From a virus: a DNA stretch of 64,000 nt. The position numbers and the translations under genes are program-made. Below, piece after piece: positions 6,619 through 13,925 of this stretch. The notes beneath the pieces were generated by a model. The model ran no database searches, was not told the origin of the DNA, and was given only the letters and a program-made list of their open reading frames with translations. The first letter of the stretch is position 1, and each line of letters opens with the position of its first letter. The DNA lies in IMG/VR virus record IMGVR_UViG_3300045988_077100, positions 2,602-66,601 of that record; one strand, written 5' to 3'.

Positions 6619-6960
6619 TTAGGCGTTGGCTTGATATTTTGCGAGTGCATCCGAAATAGCACGATTTACAAAAGCGTTTGCCGTTTCCCCCAGGGAGGCG
6701 GCGCAAGTCTTTATAACGGCTTTTTGCCCTTTCGGTAAAACAAGATCCATTCTGTCATAAGTCTTTTTTACATACTTGCGAACGGCGGCTTGCTGGGCCT
6801 TTGTGGTTTTGGTTTTCCGGGTTATATAATCGTTGATGTTTTCGGCGGTTCCGTCGTCCATAGCTTCCGCAGCGGCAAGGCTGGCCGCAGCTCCCCGGGT
6901 GAGATTTTCGGCGGGCTGGGCGTCAATTTCTGCCAGTCGTGCGCGTAATGCTTCGTTCAT
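6619..6960 (-). CDS. Ribbon-helix-helix-like protein (113 aa)
   Basis: Start moved to MNEALRAR.. (AAGGAG 8 nt upstream). C-terminus DRMDLVLPKGQKAVIKTCAASLGETANAFVNRAI parallels the 6052 protein. Confidence 0.6.
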   Translation of the reverse strand: MNEALRARLAEIDAQPAENLTRGAAASLAAAEAMDDGTAENINDYITRKTKTTKAQQAAVRKYVKKTYDRMDLVLPKGQKAVIKTCAASLGETANAFVNRAISDALAKYQANA

Positions 6961-7039
6961 GTTATATGCTCCTTTCAATGCCTCAATACGATTGTTTATG
7001 CTGCTTTTTCTGCTTCTTTATTCGGCTTCTTGTTCTGTT

Positions 7040-7294
7040 TTAGTATATGTCTCCGCGTGTATTGATCTCTTTTACAGTAACGGTTTCTTTGTCCGTGTCA
7101 ATCTGGAAAATTGCCCGGTAATGATAGATTTTCAACCGGTACATGCGAGAGCCAGCACCCCGCAAGGGGACAATATCGCCGGAAAGGGTTGATAATCCGG
7201 CCACCGCCGCCGCTACCCGGCCCCGTTCAGGCTCCGGGAGCTTGTCTAAATATTTTTGCGGCTGCTTCTTGATGATAACCGTTAGTCCGTCCAC
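7040..7294 (-). CDS. RelE/ParE-family type II toxin (84 aa)
   Basis: GTG start with AAGGAGG SD. ..YRLKIYHYRAIFQIDTDKETVTVKEINTRGDIY is the typical RelE/ParE C-terminal pattern. Confidence 0.7.
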   Translation of the reverse strand: MDGLTVIIKKQPQKYLDKLPEPERGRVAAAVAGLSTLSGDIVPLRGAGSRMYRLKIYHYRAIFQIDTDKETVTVKEINTRGDIY

Positions 7295-7335
7295 GTTTCC
7301 GCCTCCTTTACTGTCGATATTTTACCACCCTATAT

Positions 7336-7417
7336 ATAATTCTGTAAATATACAATTTCAACAATATAATTACAGAATTATTGGTTATTTTGAACCTTGA
7401 TATAATTACAGAATTAT
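7336..7417. promoter_or_regulatory. Operator-like repeats upstream of the RelE-like gene
   Basis: Perfect 18-nt direct repeat ATATAATTACAGAATTAT at 7364-7381 and 7400-7417, plus an inverted partial copy ATAATTCTGTAA at 7336-7347. AT-rich. Confidence 0.55.
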
Positions 7418-7498
7418 ATATAATAGAATCATAAAGAACAGGACAACACCACGGAGGCCGACAGGCCAGAGGGGCACCGCCCCGGAAAGGATCACAAA

Positions 7499-7675
7499 AT
7501 GGATTACAGCAAAATGAGCATGGACAAGCTCCGCAAGCTGATCGCCTGGGCTGATGACCGGGCAGCATACCGGAGGGCCTGCGGGACGATCTCCGGCACG
7601 GCATACGCCGAGGATGAAACCGCAGTAAGGGCAGCACTCGCAGAGATCAACCGCCGCACACGGGCGACCGCATAA
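7499..7675 (+). CDS. Hypothetical protein (58 aa)
   Basis: MDYSKMSMDKLRKLIAWADDR.., with AAAGGA SD. Below the ORF-track cut-off. Directly precedes 7695..8057. Confidence 0.45.
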   Translation: MDYSKMSMDKLRKLIAWADDRAAYRRACGTISGTAYAEDETAVRAALAEINRRTRATA

Positions 7676-7694
7676 GAAAGAGGAGGAACACGAA

Positions 7695-8057
7695 ATGAAA
7701 AAGAGCTTTTTTGAAATGATCCCCGGCGTTGTCCGCCTGGACTCCCGCGTTGCTATCTACGTGCCCAGCACCACCGACACCGACCACCCCACCGACAACC
7801 GGCAGCAGGTGGAGGAAGTCGCCGCGAAGCTGTCCGCCATGTTTGGCGGAGCCACCGCCACCGAGGCCCGCGGCTACTGGGTGAGCCAGTCCGCCGGACT
7901 CGTGGGCGAGGCCGTCACCATCGTTTACAGCAACGCCGCAGCCGAGGACATCGAGCGCCACGGCGCCGAAATCGTCGCCATCTGCCACAAGATCAAACGC
8001 GAGATGAAACAAGAGGCCGTCAGCCTTGAGATCAACGGCGAACTGTTTCTTGTATGA
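7695..8057 (+). CDS. Hypothetical protein (120 aa)
   Basis: ORF track; GAGGAGG SD. Followed by the terminator at 8087. Confidence 0.6.
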   Translation: MKKSFFEMIPGVVRLDSRVAIYVPSTTDTDHPTDNRQQVEEVAAKLSAMFGGATATEARGYWVSQSAGLVGEAVTIVYSNAAAEDIERHGAEIVAICHKIKREMKQEAVSLEINGELFLV

Positions 8058-8086
8058 TCTCCGCCGCCCCCTATACCATACACCAC

Positions 8087-8119
8087 AGCCCGCAGGGAAT
8101 GCCCCCGCGGGCTTTTCTC
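8087..8119 (+). terminator. Intrinsic terminator
   Basis: AGCCCGC..GCGGGCT stem followed by TTTTCT. Confidence 0.6.
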
Positions 8120-8607
8120 GTGCCCTCTGAGCGATACAGCCCAGCACCGCACCGCAGGCCCACGCCGCGCAGCCGCTTGCACCCTACGCCGCCCCAGGCG
8201 GCTATTTTTAACCCCTATGCGCGCGGGCGCGTTTATTGCGGGCGCGGTCTATTATAGTACCCTAAAACGTACCCCATAGAACCCCCGGACGCTTTACCCA
8301 AATGAAGAAAAGCGCGGAGCACTCCCGCAGGACCGGAAGCAATGGACAAAGGAAAAGGGGGAAGGGGTGGAGGAGTCACCCGCGGCGGTCTGTTCCGGCT
8401 GATTGCATCGGCCCGACCTCCACGGCCACCGCCGACCATGCCAGACCGGGAACCGTCAGCGGACCAGCCGCCGACCATCGGAGGACGGCCACCACCACCG
8501 GCACCGAGGGCCAGAGAACCGACCGCAGCCCCGGCTCCCGCCGCCTTTCGTCAGGTTGCACAAGGGCGGCATGGGCTGTTGTTGCATTTACCACCAAAAA
8601 AGGCGGT

Positions 8608-8642
8608 AACTGTTGCCATAATTGCTTATTATGGCAACAGTT
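8608..8642. repeat. Perfect 15-bp inverted repeat with 5-nt spacer inside the GC-rich spacer
   Basis: AACTGTTGCCATAAT-tgctt-ATTATGGCAACAGTT, nested between TGTTGCA (8581 region) and TGCAACA (8650 region). Confidence 0.7.
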
Positions 8643-9047
8643 TAGGCATTTGCAACAGGGTTTGACCCTTTCCGAGACCCGCCCAGCGGCCCCGCCTCCG
8701 CTCCAATGGCACCGGCTGACCGGCTGACCACGGCCCCGGCTGGGTGGGGGGTGGTTTACAGACCTGGCCACCGGATTGGCGCAGAATCTCTCCACAACTC
8801 TTCCCCCTCCTCTCACGTTCTCTTCAACCCACGTTCTCATCCCCGTCGCCCTTCCTTTCCCTTTAAATGGGGGGGGTAGTTTAGAAAACCGGGGGCAAAA
8901 AACGGAAAAGTCAAAAAGGGGTCCAAAAAAAATTTTATAAAAACGCTTCGCTTATGTGTGGGGAATACGTACTTAGGTTGCGCGGCGCGGGCGGAGCGCA
9001 GACGGTCGGTAGGTGACGTGCTGATGGGCGGTAGGTGAAGCAGACGT

Positions 9048-9079
9048 GCAAAAACCCTATTGGAGGGGGTTGCTATGCT
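9048..9079 (+). promoter_or_regulatory. Promoter-like 21-mer GCAAAAACCCTATTGGAGGGG plus TATGCT, upstream of the sigma-like gene
   Basis: Exact inverted copy of 1629-1649. The -10-like TATGCT lies 5 nt downstream. Confidence 0.5.
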
Positions 9080-9127
9080 AAAGATAGGAGAACTTTTGTG
9101 AAGCCATGGCAATGGAGGTGAGCGTGA

Positions 9128-9517
9128 ATGCCAAGCGGGAGTTCTGAGCGCTGTGTGTCATTGTTTGAGTTTTGGGGAGACAAGAGCCAGTATGCGGCGT
9201 GGCTGCAAGGGGAGTTTGCTGAAGAAGCGGATTTCCATGCCCATACGCTAAACGCCTTGCGGGTGGCGATGGACGAAGAACTGACGGATACACAGAGGAA
9301 GTATATGGAGATGTTTTTCGTCTATGGCATGAGCATGAAGGATATCGGTCAAGAGTTGGGGGTAGCCACGGCAACAGTCAGCAGGACAATCAATTGTGGG
9401 CTGGATAGACTGTACCATGTCCTCCGCTACGCGAACCCCCGATACCTGACCTTTCCGAAAAGCCGCACGGCAGCATCTCTAAAGAAGGGGCGCAAGCGGT
9501 GTGGGAAAGGGTCTTAG
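9128..9517 (+). CDS. Sigma-70 region-4-like HTH regulator (129 aa)
   Basis: ..LTDTQRKYMEMFFVYGMSMKDIGQELGVATATVSRTINCGLDRL.. resembles sigma region 4 / small phage and ICE sigma-like activators. GGAGGTG SD. Confidence 0.65.
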   Translation: MPSGSSERCVSLFEFWGDKSQYAAWLQGEFAEEADFHAHTLNALRVAMDEELTDTQRKYMEMFFVYGMSMKDIGQELGVATATVSRTINCGLDRLYHVLRYANPRYLTFPKSRTAASLKKGRKRCGKGS

Positions 9518-9564
9518 GCTGAGACGAGAGATGTTATAACTGATAGTTGAAAGGATGATTTCCA

Positions 9565-9903
9565 ATGAGCACAATTTACGTTGGTGAGAGGCGGAGCGGT
9601 AAAACAACCATGCTTATCGAAATGTCTGAAAGGACTGGGTTCCCCATTGTTGTGAGAACCTATCAAATGGGGCGTGAGATACAGCGGCTCGCAAACCAAA
9701 TGGGAAAGAATATCCCAACGCCCGTTACGGTGGGAAACTACATCCGACGGTTTGCCTATAGTGGCGTTAGAGAACAGAAGTATCTTGTGGACGAACTTCA
9801 GATGATTCTCTCGGCAATGAACATTGAAGCCGCTACGGCTGACTTTGTGAGAAATTGTATTGAAATTCTCCGCAGTCGGCAGAATGGGAGGTCAGATTTA
9901 TGA
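9565..9903 (+). CDS. Miniature P-loop protein (112 aa)
   Basis: Walker A GERRSGKTT and Walker B-like KYLVDE. No further family recognised. Confidence 0.55.
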   Translation: MSTIYVGERRSGKTTMLIEMSERTGFPIVVRTYQMGREIQRLANQMGKNIPTPVTVGNYIRRFAYSGVREQKYLVDELQMILSAMNIEAATADFVRNCIEILRSRQNGRSDL

Positions 9904-10247
9904 GATGTACACCAGTTGAATTTCACGCGAGATTTCCTGTTTATGAGAATTACGATAGAGGTGGTTGCGACCACGCCCCACGCTTCCGGGATGCGAACGG
10001 TGTTGTTTATACGATCGATGCCATTAAAAATTCCTGCAAGGGGGATACGAACGTCCCGGTCATTCGGTTTCGGGCAGACGGTACTTCTAAAAGGATTGGT
10101 ATTGTCAAGTCTATCAAGTGGGACCCGGAAGGCTTCGTTGAGGTAAATGGAGTTTTGCGGTTTGGTGGAACGTGCGAAGATGTGATTCTCGATAAAACAG
10201 AAATTGTCATCGGAATGACGATCACGGAAATTGGCCTTGAGACGTAA
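9900..10247 (+). CDS. Hypothetical protein (115 aa)
   Basis: ORF track; GGGAGG SD; ATGA start/stop overlap. Confidence 0.55.
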   Translation: MRCTPVEFHARFPVYENYDRGGCDHAPRFRDANGVVYTIDAIKNSCKGDTNVPVIRFRADGTSKRIGIVKSIKWDPEGFVEVNGVLRFGGTCEDVILDKTEIVIGMTITEIGLET

Positions 10248-10268
10248 AGCAGTAGGAGGTCGAGAGAC

Positions 10269-10484
10269 ATGGCATACGTTCGGAAATACAAACAGGGGGT
10301 GCGGGTCAAGAGCATTGAGGACTTTCTGCATTCCCCGGAGGCGCAGTATTTTTTCTGGCATGGGAGGACGGTTCACAAACAAGTCTTTATGCACTGGCAG
10401 CTGGACACGCTTATCAGGGTAATAGGCGGAGGACGCCTTTACTTTGCGGATAAGACTGTGCCTGCGGATGGAGATGCGGAATGA
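10269..10484 (+). CDS. Hypothetical protein (71 aa)
   Basis: ORF track; AGGAGG SD. Confidence 0.55.
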   Translation: MAYVRKYKQGVRVKSIEDFLHSPEAQYFFWHGRTVHKQVFMHWQLDTLIRVIGGGRLYFADKTVPADGDAE

Positions 10485-10774
10485 GCTGCTATGGGTGTAT
10501 CTGCAACAACTGTCTCTATAACTGCGAGTTATTCAGCGCATACTTCACGCCGGGAGAGATCAAGGACGTGGAGGACGTCTGCTATTGCTGTGATGAGTGC
10601 GAGTGGTTCGATGGGGACTATACGAAGCGGAGCCAGTGGCGAAAATCGTGCGAAAAATTTCGCCTACCGGCGAAGTATAAAGAGCATCTGGAACAGATGA
10701 AGCAGAAGGAGGCTCGTGTGGCGGTCAAGCGCCGCAGGGCATTTACTGTGATCGAGGGAGGGGAAAAGGATTGA
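10481..10774 (+). CDS. Cys-rich putative zinc-binding protein (97 aa)
   Basis: CYGCICNNC..CYCCDEC clusters; translationally coupled to both neighbours. Confidence 0.55.
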   Translation: MSCYGCICNNCLYNCELFSAYFTPGEIKDVEDVCYCCDECEWFDGDYTKRSQWRKSCEKFRLPAKYKEHLEQMKQKEARVAVKRRRAFTVIEGGEKD

Positions 10775-11472
10775 ACGTAGCCTATAACATGGACTGCATG
10801 GAGTATATGCGGACGTTGCCGGACAAGGCGTTTGATCTGGCCGTGGTGGACCCTCCTTATGGAATCGGAGAAGATGGCGGTAAGGACCGGAGCCGCTATG
10901 TAACACAGAAGAACGGCTCAAGGATTTACGTCAAGGATGGCGGGTACGAAAAGACCGGCTTTGACCGTTTCCCGGCGGATGAGCAGTACTTTGCAGAGCT
11001 TTTCCGGGTCAGCAAAAATCAGATTATTTGGGGAGCGAATTATTTTGTTCTCCCTCGTGGCGGAGCAATCGTGTGGGACAAGTGCAATGACGGAGTCGAC
11101 CAGTCCGGGGCTGAGATCGCGTTCAACTCTTTGAACCTTCGGACTGATATATTCCGGTTCATGTGGCGCGGCATGATGCAGGGGAAGAGTATCGCAGAGG
11201 GAACAGTTCAGCAAGGGAACAAGGCGCTTAATGAGAAGCGCATCCACCCGACGCAGAAGCCGGTGGCGTTGTACACATGGATTTTGCAGAAGTACGCCAA
11301 ACCGGGAGACAAGATACTGGACACCCACTTGGGCAGCGGAAGCAGCCGCATAGCCGCCTATGATCTTGGTTTTGATTTTGTTGGGTGTGAAATCGACCCT
11401 CACTATTTTCAGGCGCAGGAAAAGCGCTTTGCGGAACACACGGCGCAGATCAGTTTGTTTACGGGAGGTTGA
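10771..11472 (+). CDS. DNA methyltransferase, N6-adenine/N4-cytosine type (beta-class order)
   Basis: DPPY motif (LAVVDPPYGIG) is N-terminal. HPTQKP and the AdoMet motif LDTHLGSGSS are C-terminal. TTG start. Confidence 0.8.
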   Translation: MNVAYNMDCMEYMRTLPDKAFDLAVVDPPYGIGEDGGKDRSRYVTQKNGSRIYVKDGGYEKTGFDRFPADEQYFAELFRVSKNQIIWGANYFVLPRGGAIVWDKCNDGVDQSGAEIAFNSLNLRTDIFRFMWRGMMQGKSIAEGTVQQGNKALNEKRIHPTQKPVALYTWILQKYAKPGDKILDTHLGSGSSRIAAYDLGFDFVGCEIDPHYFQAQEKRFAEHTAQISLFTGG

Positions 11473-11474
11473 AT

Positions 11475-12065
11475 ATGGATAGCTTGAATGCAAGTAGGAT
11501 AGCGGGCGGCAACAGCGCCTATGGGCGGAGTCAGTCGGACTTCTATCCCACGCCGCCGGATGTGACGGTGGCGCTCATGCGCTTTTTGAATCTTCCGCGC
11601 ACAACGTCCGTATGGGAACCGGCAACGGGAGAGGGCGATATGGCCGGGGTGCTTCAGACCTACTTTGAGACCGTCTATACAACAGACATTCTGGATGGGA
11701 CGGACTTCTTGAAGTCCAGCATTGACACAGCGGATTGGATCATTACGAACCCGCCTTTCTCTCTGGCGGAAGCGTTCATTCGCAGGGCAGCGGAGCTGGG
11801 CAAGCCTTTCGCGTTCCTGCTCAAGTCGCAGTATTGGAACGCAACGTGCCGGCGGAAGCTGTTTGACGAGATCCCGCCCAGCTACATTCTGCCGCTGACG
11901 TGGCGCCCGGATTTCTTTTTCAAGAAGCGGATGCCCGGAGAGAAGGGAAGTCCGCTGATGGACGTGATGTGGTGCGTTTGGCTGACGCCATGGAAGAATG
12001 ATATTCAGACGGTGTACCGTCCGCTTACGCGGCCGGAGATGGGGGCAGGAAATAAAAATGGCTAA
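11475..12065 (+). CDS. DNA N6-adenine methyltransferase-like protein
   Basis: AdoMet motif VWEPATGEGDM followed by IITNPPF (NPPF motif IV). Confidence 0.7.
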   Translation: MDSLNASRIAGGNSAYGRSQSDFYPTPPDVTVALMRFLNLPRTTSVWEPATGEGDMAGVLQTYFETVYTTDILDGTDFLKSSIDTADWIITNPPFSLAEAFIRRAAELGKPFAFLLKSQYWNATCRRKLFDEIPPSYILPLTWRPDFFFKKRMPGEKGSPLMDVMWCVWLTPWKNDIQTVYRPLTRPEMGAGNKNG

Positions 12066-12222
12066 GCTGGCGATTCTGCTATTTATTCCCATCTGCCTTT
12101 TCGGGTGGGCCTGTTACGGCATCTGCAAAGACTGGGATAAGGGGGCGCTGGCGTTCCTGACGCTGCTGTTGACCGGTTCGGCCTTCCAGTGCGGTTTTGC
12201 TTTGTGCCAGATGATTTTTTGA
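12058..12222 (+). CDS. Small membrane protein (54 aa)
   Basis: MAKLAILLFIPICLFGWACYG.., two hydrophobic segments. Overlaps the stop of the upstream gene. Confidence 0.45.
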   Translation: MAKLAILLFIPICLFGWACYGICKDWDKGALAFLTLLLTGSAFQCGFALCQMIF

Positions 12223-12240
12223 ATTAAGGGGGAATTTTTG

Positions 12241-12603
12241 ATGAAGTATGATTTTCGCGTCGGGGACTACGCTGAGACCAAGGATGGCAACCGGGGGTAT
12301 GTCATCAAAAGTGATCTTTTGTGCTACCAAGATATTGTGACGGGGTACATAATTACCGTGAAATTCAGCAATGAGGAAACCATGACGTATGAGTTTACAG
12401 CCAACGATGCGCACCGGCAGTTCAATCGCATTGGGCGTTATGACCTTACAGAGAAAGAAAAGAGTAAGATTGAACCATTCCAAGTCAATCCGTCACTTAC
12501 TGAGTATGCGTCAATTTTTGCAATGAGCGATAAAATCAACGAGCTTGTGGATGCCGTCAATGAACTGCGTATGCGGGATGCAAAGGAGAGTAAGGATGAT
12601 TGA
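12241..12603 (+). CDS. Hypothetical protein (120 aa)
   Basis: ORF track trimmed to the ATG after AAGGGGG. Confidence 0.55.
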   Translation: MKYDFRVGDYAETKDGNRGYVIKSDLLCYQDIVTGYIITVKFSNEETMTYEFTANDAHRQFNRIGRYDLTEKEKSKIEPFQVNPSLTEYASIFAMSDKINELVDAVNELRMRDAKESKDD

Positions 12604-13000
12604 GTACATCAGGGTTGTAAGCAAGCAGCGGCCCGCAAAGCGGGCGTTTGATATGCAGGTGGGGGCACATCTGCGTGTGTATATTGCCGGGAAGATCACC
12701 GGCGACAAGAACTATCGGGAGAAATTCGCCAAGGCGGAGCAGGCCCTCGCTGCTATGGGCCATTGCGTCCTGAACCCGGCCCATTTGCCCGAAGGTATGG
12801 AGCAGGGCGATTATATGCGCATCTGCCTCGCTATGATCGACTGCGCGGACGGAGTGGTTTTGCTGCCGGACTGGCGTGAGAGCGACGGGGCGCGATTGGA
12901 ACGGGCCTACGCCGAGAAAATTGGGAAAGAGGTTGTTGTGGCAGACCAGGGCAGGATCGATGAGTTTTTGGAGAAGATGGAGGGGAAACGAAATGAGTAA
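12596..13000 (+). CDS. DUF4406 / nucleoside 2-deoxyribosyltransferase-like protein
   Basis: ..VYIAGKITGDKNYREKFAKAEQAL..GHCVLNPA..DGVVLLPDWRESDGARLE.. matches my memory of DUF4406. ATGA overlap. Confidence 0.6.
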   Translation: MIEYIRVVSKQRPAKRAFDMQVGAHLRVYIAGKITGDKNYREKFAKAEQALAAMGHCVLNPAHLPEGMEQGDYMRICLAMIDCADGVVLLPDWRESDGARLERAYAEKIGKEVVVADQGRIDEFLEKMEGKRNE

Positions 13001-13601
13001 AGCCGTACTTATCAGCATCCGCCCCAAGTGGGTGGAAAAGATCGCCAACGGCGAAAAGGCCATCGAAGTCAGAAAGACCAAGCCGAAGCTGGAAACGCCG
13101 TTTAAGTGCTACATCTACTGCACGCAGGACAAGCACCTTGCGTTTATGCAGAACCAGACAGGCACAAACCTGATTGCCTGCATGGATGCCACTGCAGCAA
13201 TCCCGGTGGGCGGTGCCATAGGAAACGGCAAGGTCATTGGCGAGTTTACCTGTGACCGGATTTACAAGATTGACAAGGATAGTACGGATTTTCTTTTTAA
13301 GTCCGGGAGGCTATCCGTTTACAAGCAAGCTGCCGAAGAAAAGTGTGGCCTGCGTGTGGCTATGACAGACGATGAGTTGCACGGCTATCTTGGGCATTGT
13401 CAGGGCTACGGCTGGCACATTACCGATCTGCGCATTTATGATATGCCGAAAGAATTGAGCGAGTTCAAGACGCTATGTAGAGTCGATGCCGATTGCTGTG
13501 CCTGCCCTTATTACAATTACACCAAAATGGACTGTGACGGCCGGGTTATCGGTCGCCCGCCCCAAAGCTGGTGCTATGTGGATGACTTGCAAACCAAATA
13601 A
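12993..13601 (+). CDS. ASCH (PUA-like) domain protein
   Basis: MSKAVLISIRPKWVEKIANGEKAIEVRKT.. is a typical ASCH N-terminus. Confidence 0.6.
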   Translation: MSKAVLISIRPKWVEKIANGEKAIEVRKTKPKLETPFKCYIYCTQDKHLAFMQNQTGTNLIACMDATAAIPVGGAIGNGKVIGEFTCDRIYKIDKDSTDFLFKSGRLSVYKQAAEEKCGLRVAMTDDELHGYLGHCQGYGWHITDLRIYDMPKELSEFKTLCRVDADCCACPYYNYTKMDCDGRVIGRPPQSWCYVDDLQTK

Positions 13602-13610
13602 TGCAAAAGA

Positions 13611-13640
13611 AAAACCCTCGCTTTTGAAGCGGGGGTTTTC
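13611..13640 (+). terminator. Intrinsic terminator after the ASCH-like gene
   Basis: AACCCTCGC-ttttgaa-GCGGGGGTT followed by TTCC. Confidence 0.6.
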
Positions 13641-13754
13641 CGTTCGTAAAACCGTTCGTAAAATCGAAGATAAAACGCCTTGCGTTTGGTGTTTTTATTG
13701 ACGTAATGGAAAATATTTTTACCATTCAAAAATAGCTGAACCCGTTGAAATATA

Positions 13755-13788
13755 AGGAAAACCCCACAATCACAAGGATTGTGGGGTT
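13755..13788 (-). terminator. Terminator abutting the tRNA-end core (minus strand)
   Basis: 11-bp stem AACCCCACAAT/ATTGTGGGGTT. On the minus strand it starts at the CCA end and is followed by TTTTCC. Confidence 0.55.
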
Positions 13789-13815
13789 GGTCCGAGTGGC
13801 GGGAGTCGAACCCGC
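13788..13815 (-). other. 28-nt tRNA 3' fragment (T arm, acceptor strand, ACCA): recombination core
   Basis: Minus-strand GCGGG-TTCGACT-CCCGC-CACTCGG-A-CCA. No matching 5' half (CCGAGTG) or D/anticodon arm to the right. Confidence 0.7.
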
Positions 13816-13925
13816 TAATAAATGGCTATAACCGTTGAAAATGAATGGGCGTTTTGCGACGTTCGTAAAATCGTTCGTAAAATGTGAGGTTTGGCGGTGG
13901 GGAACATAGGAAGGGCGGCAAAAAG

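Larger units (their letters stand above)
13641..13883. other. attP-like site: tRNA 3'-end core flanked by arm-type repeats on both sides
   Basis: CGTTCGTAAAACCGTTCGTAAAAT at 13641-13664 and CGTTCGTAAAATCGTTCGTAAAAT at 13860-13883 (direct, one mismatch). CCGTTGAAA at 13742-13750 and 13832-13840. Core at 13788-13815. Integrase stop at 13926. Confidence 0.6.

Noticed and set aside
7308-7637. 109-aa minus-strand ORF upstream of the RelE-like gene as a possible antitoxin
   Set aside because: Its C-terminal third is a translation of the AT-rich operator repeats (IIYNSVII twice). Its N-terminal part is antisense to the 7499..7675 gene and is Cys/Arg/Pro-rich.
8302-8840. Overlapping 107-154-aa ORFs on both strands in the GC-rich spacer
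   Set aside because: Pro/Arg/Gly-rich translations, mutually overlapping, with no SD. Treated as non-coding (see the finding on 8058-9127).
13788-13815. tRNA fragment interpreted as a decayed tRNA gene or as the attL junction of an integrated prophage
   Set aside because: The same arm-type tandem repeats occur on both sides of the core, and phage-type genes lie on both sides. This fits attP better, but it remains testable.
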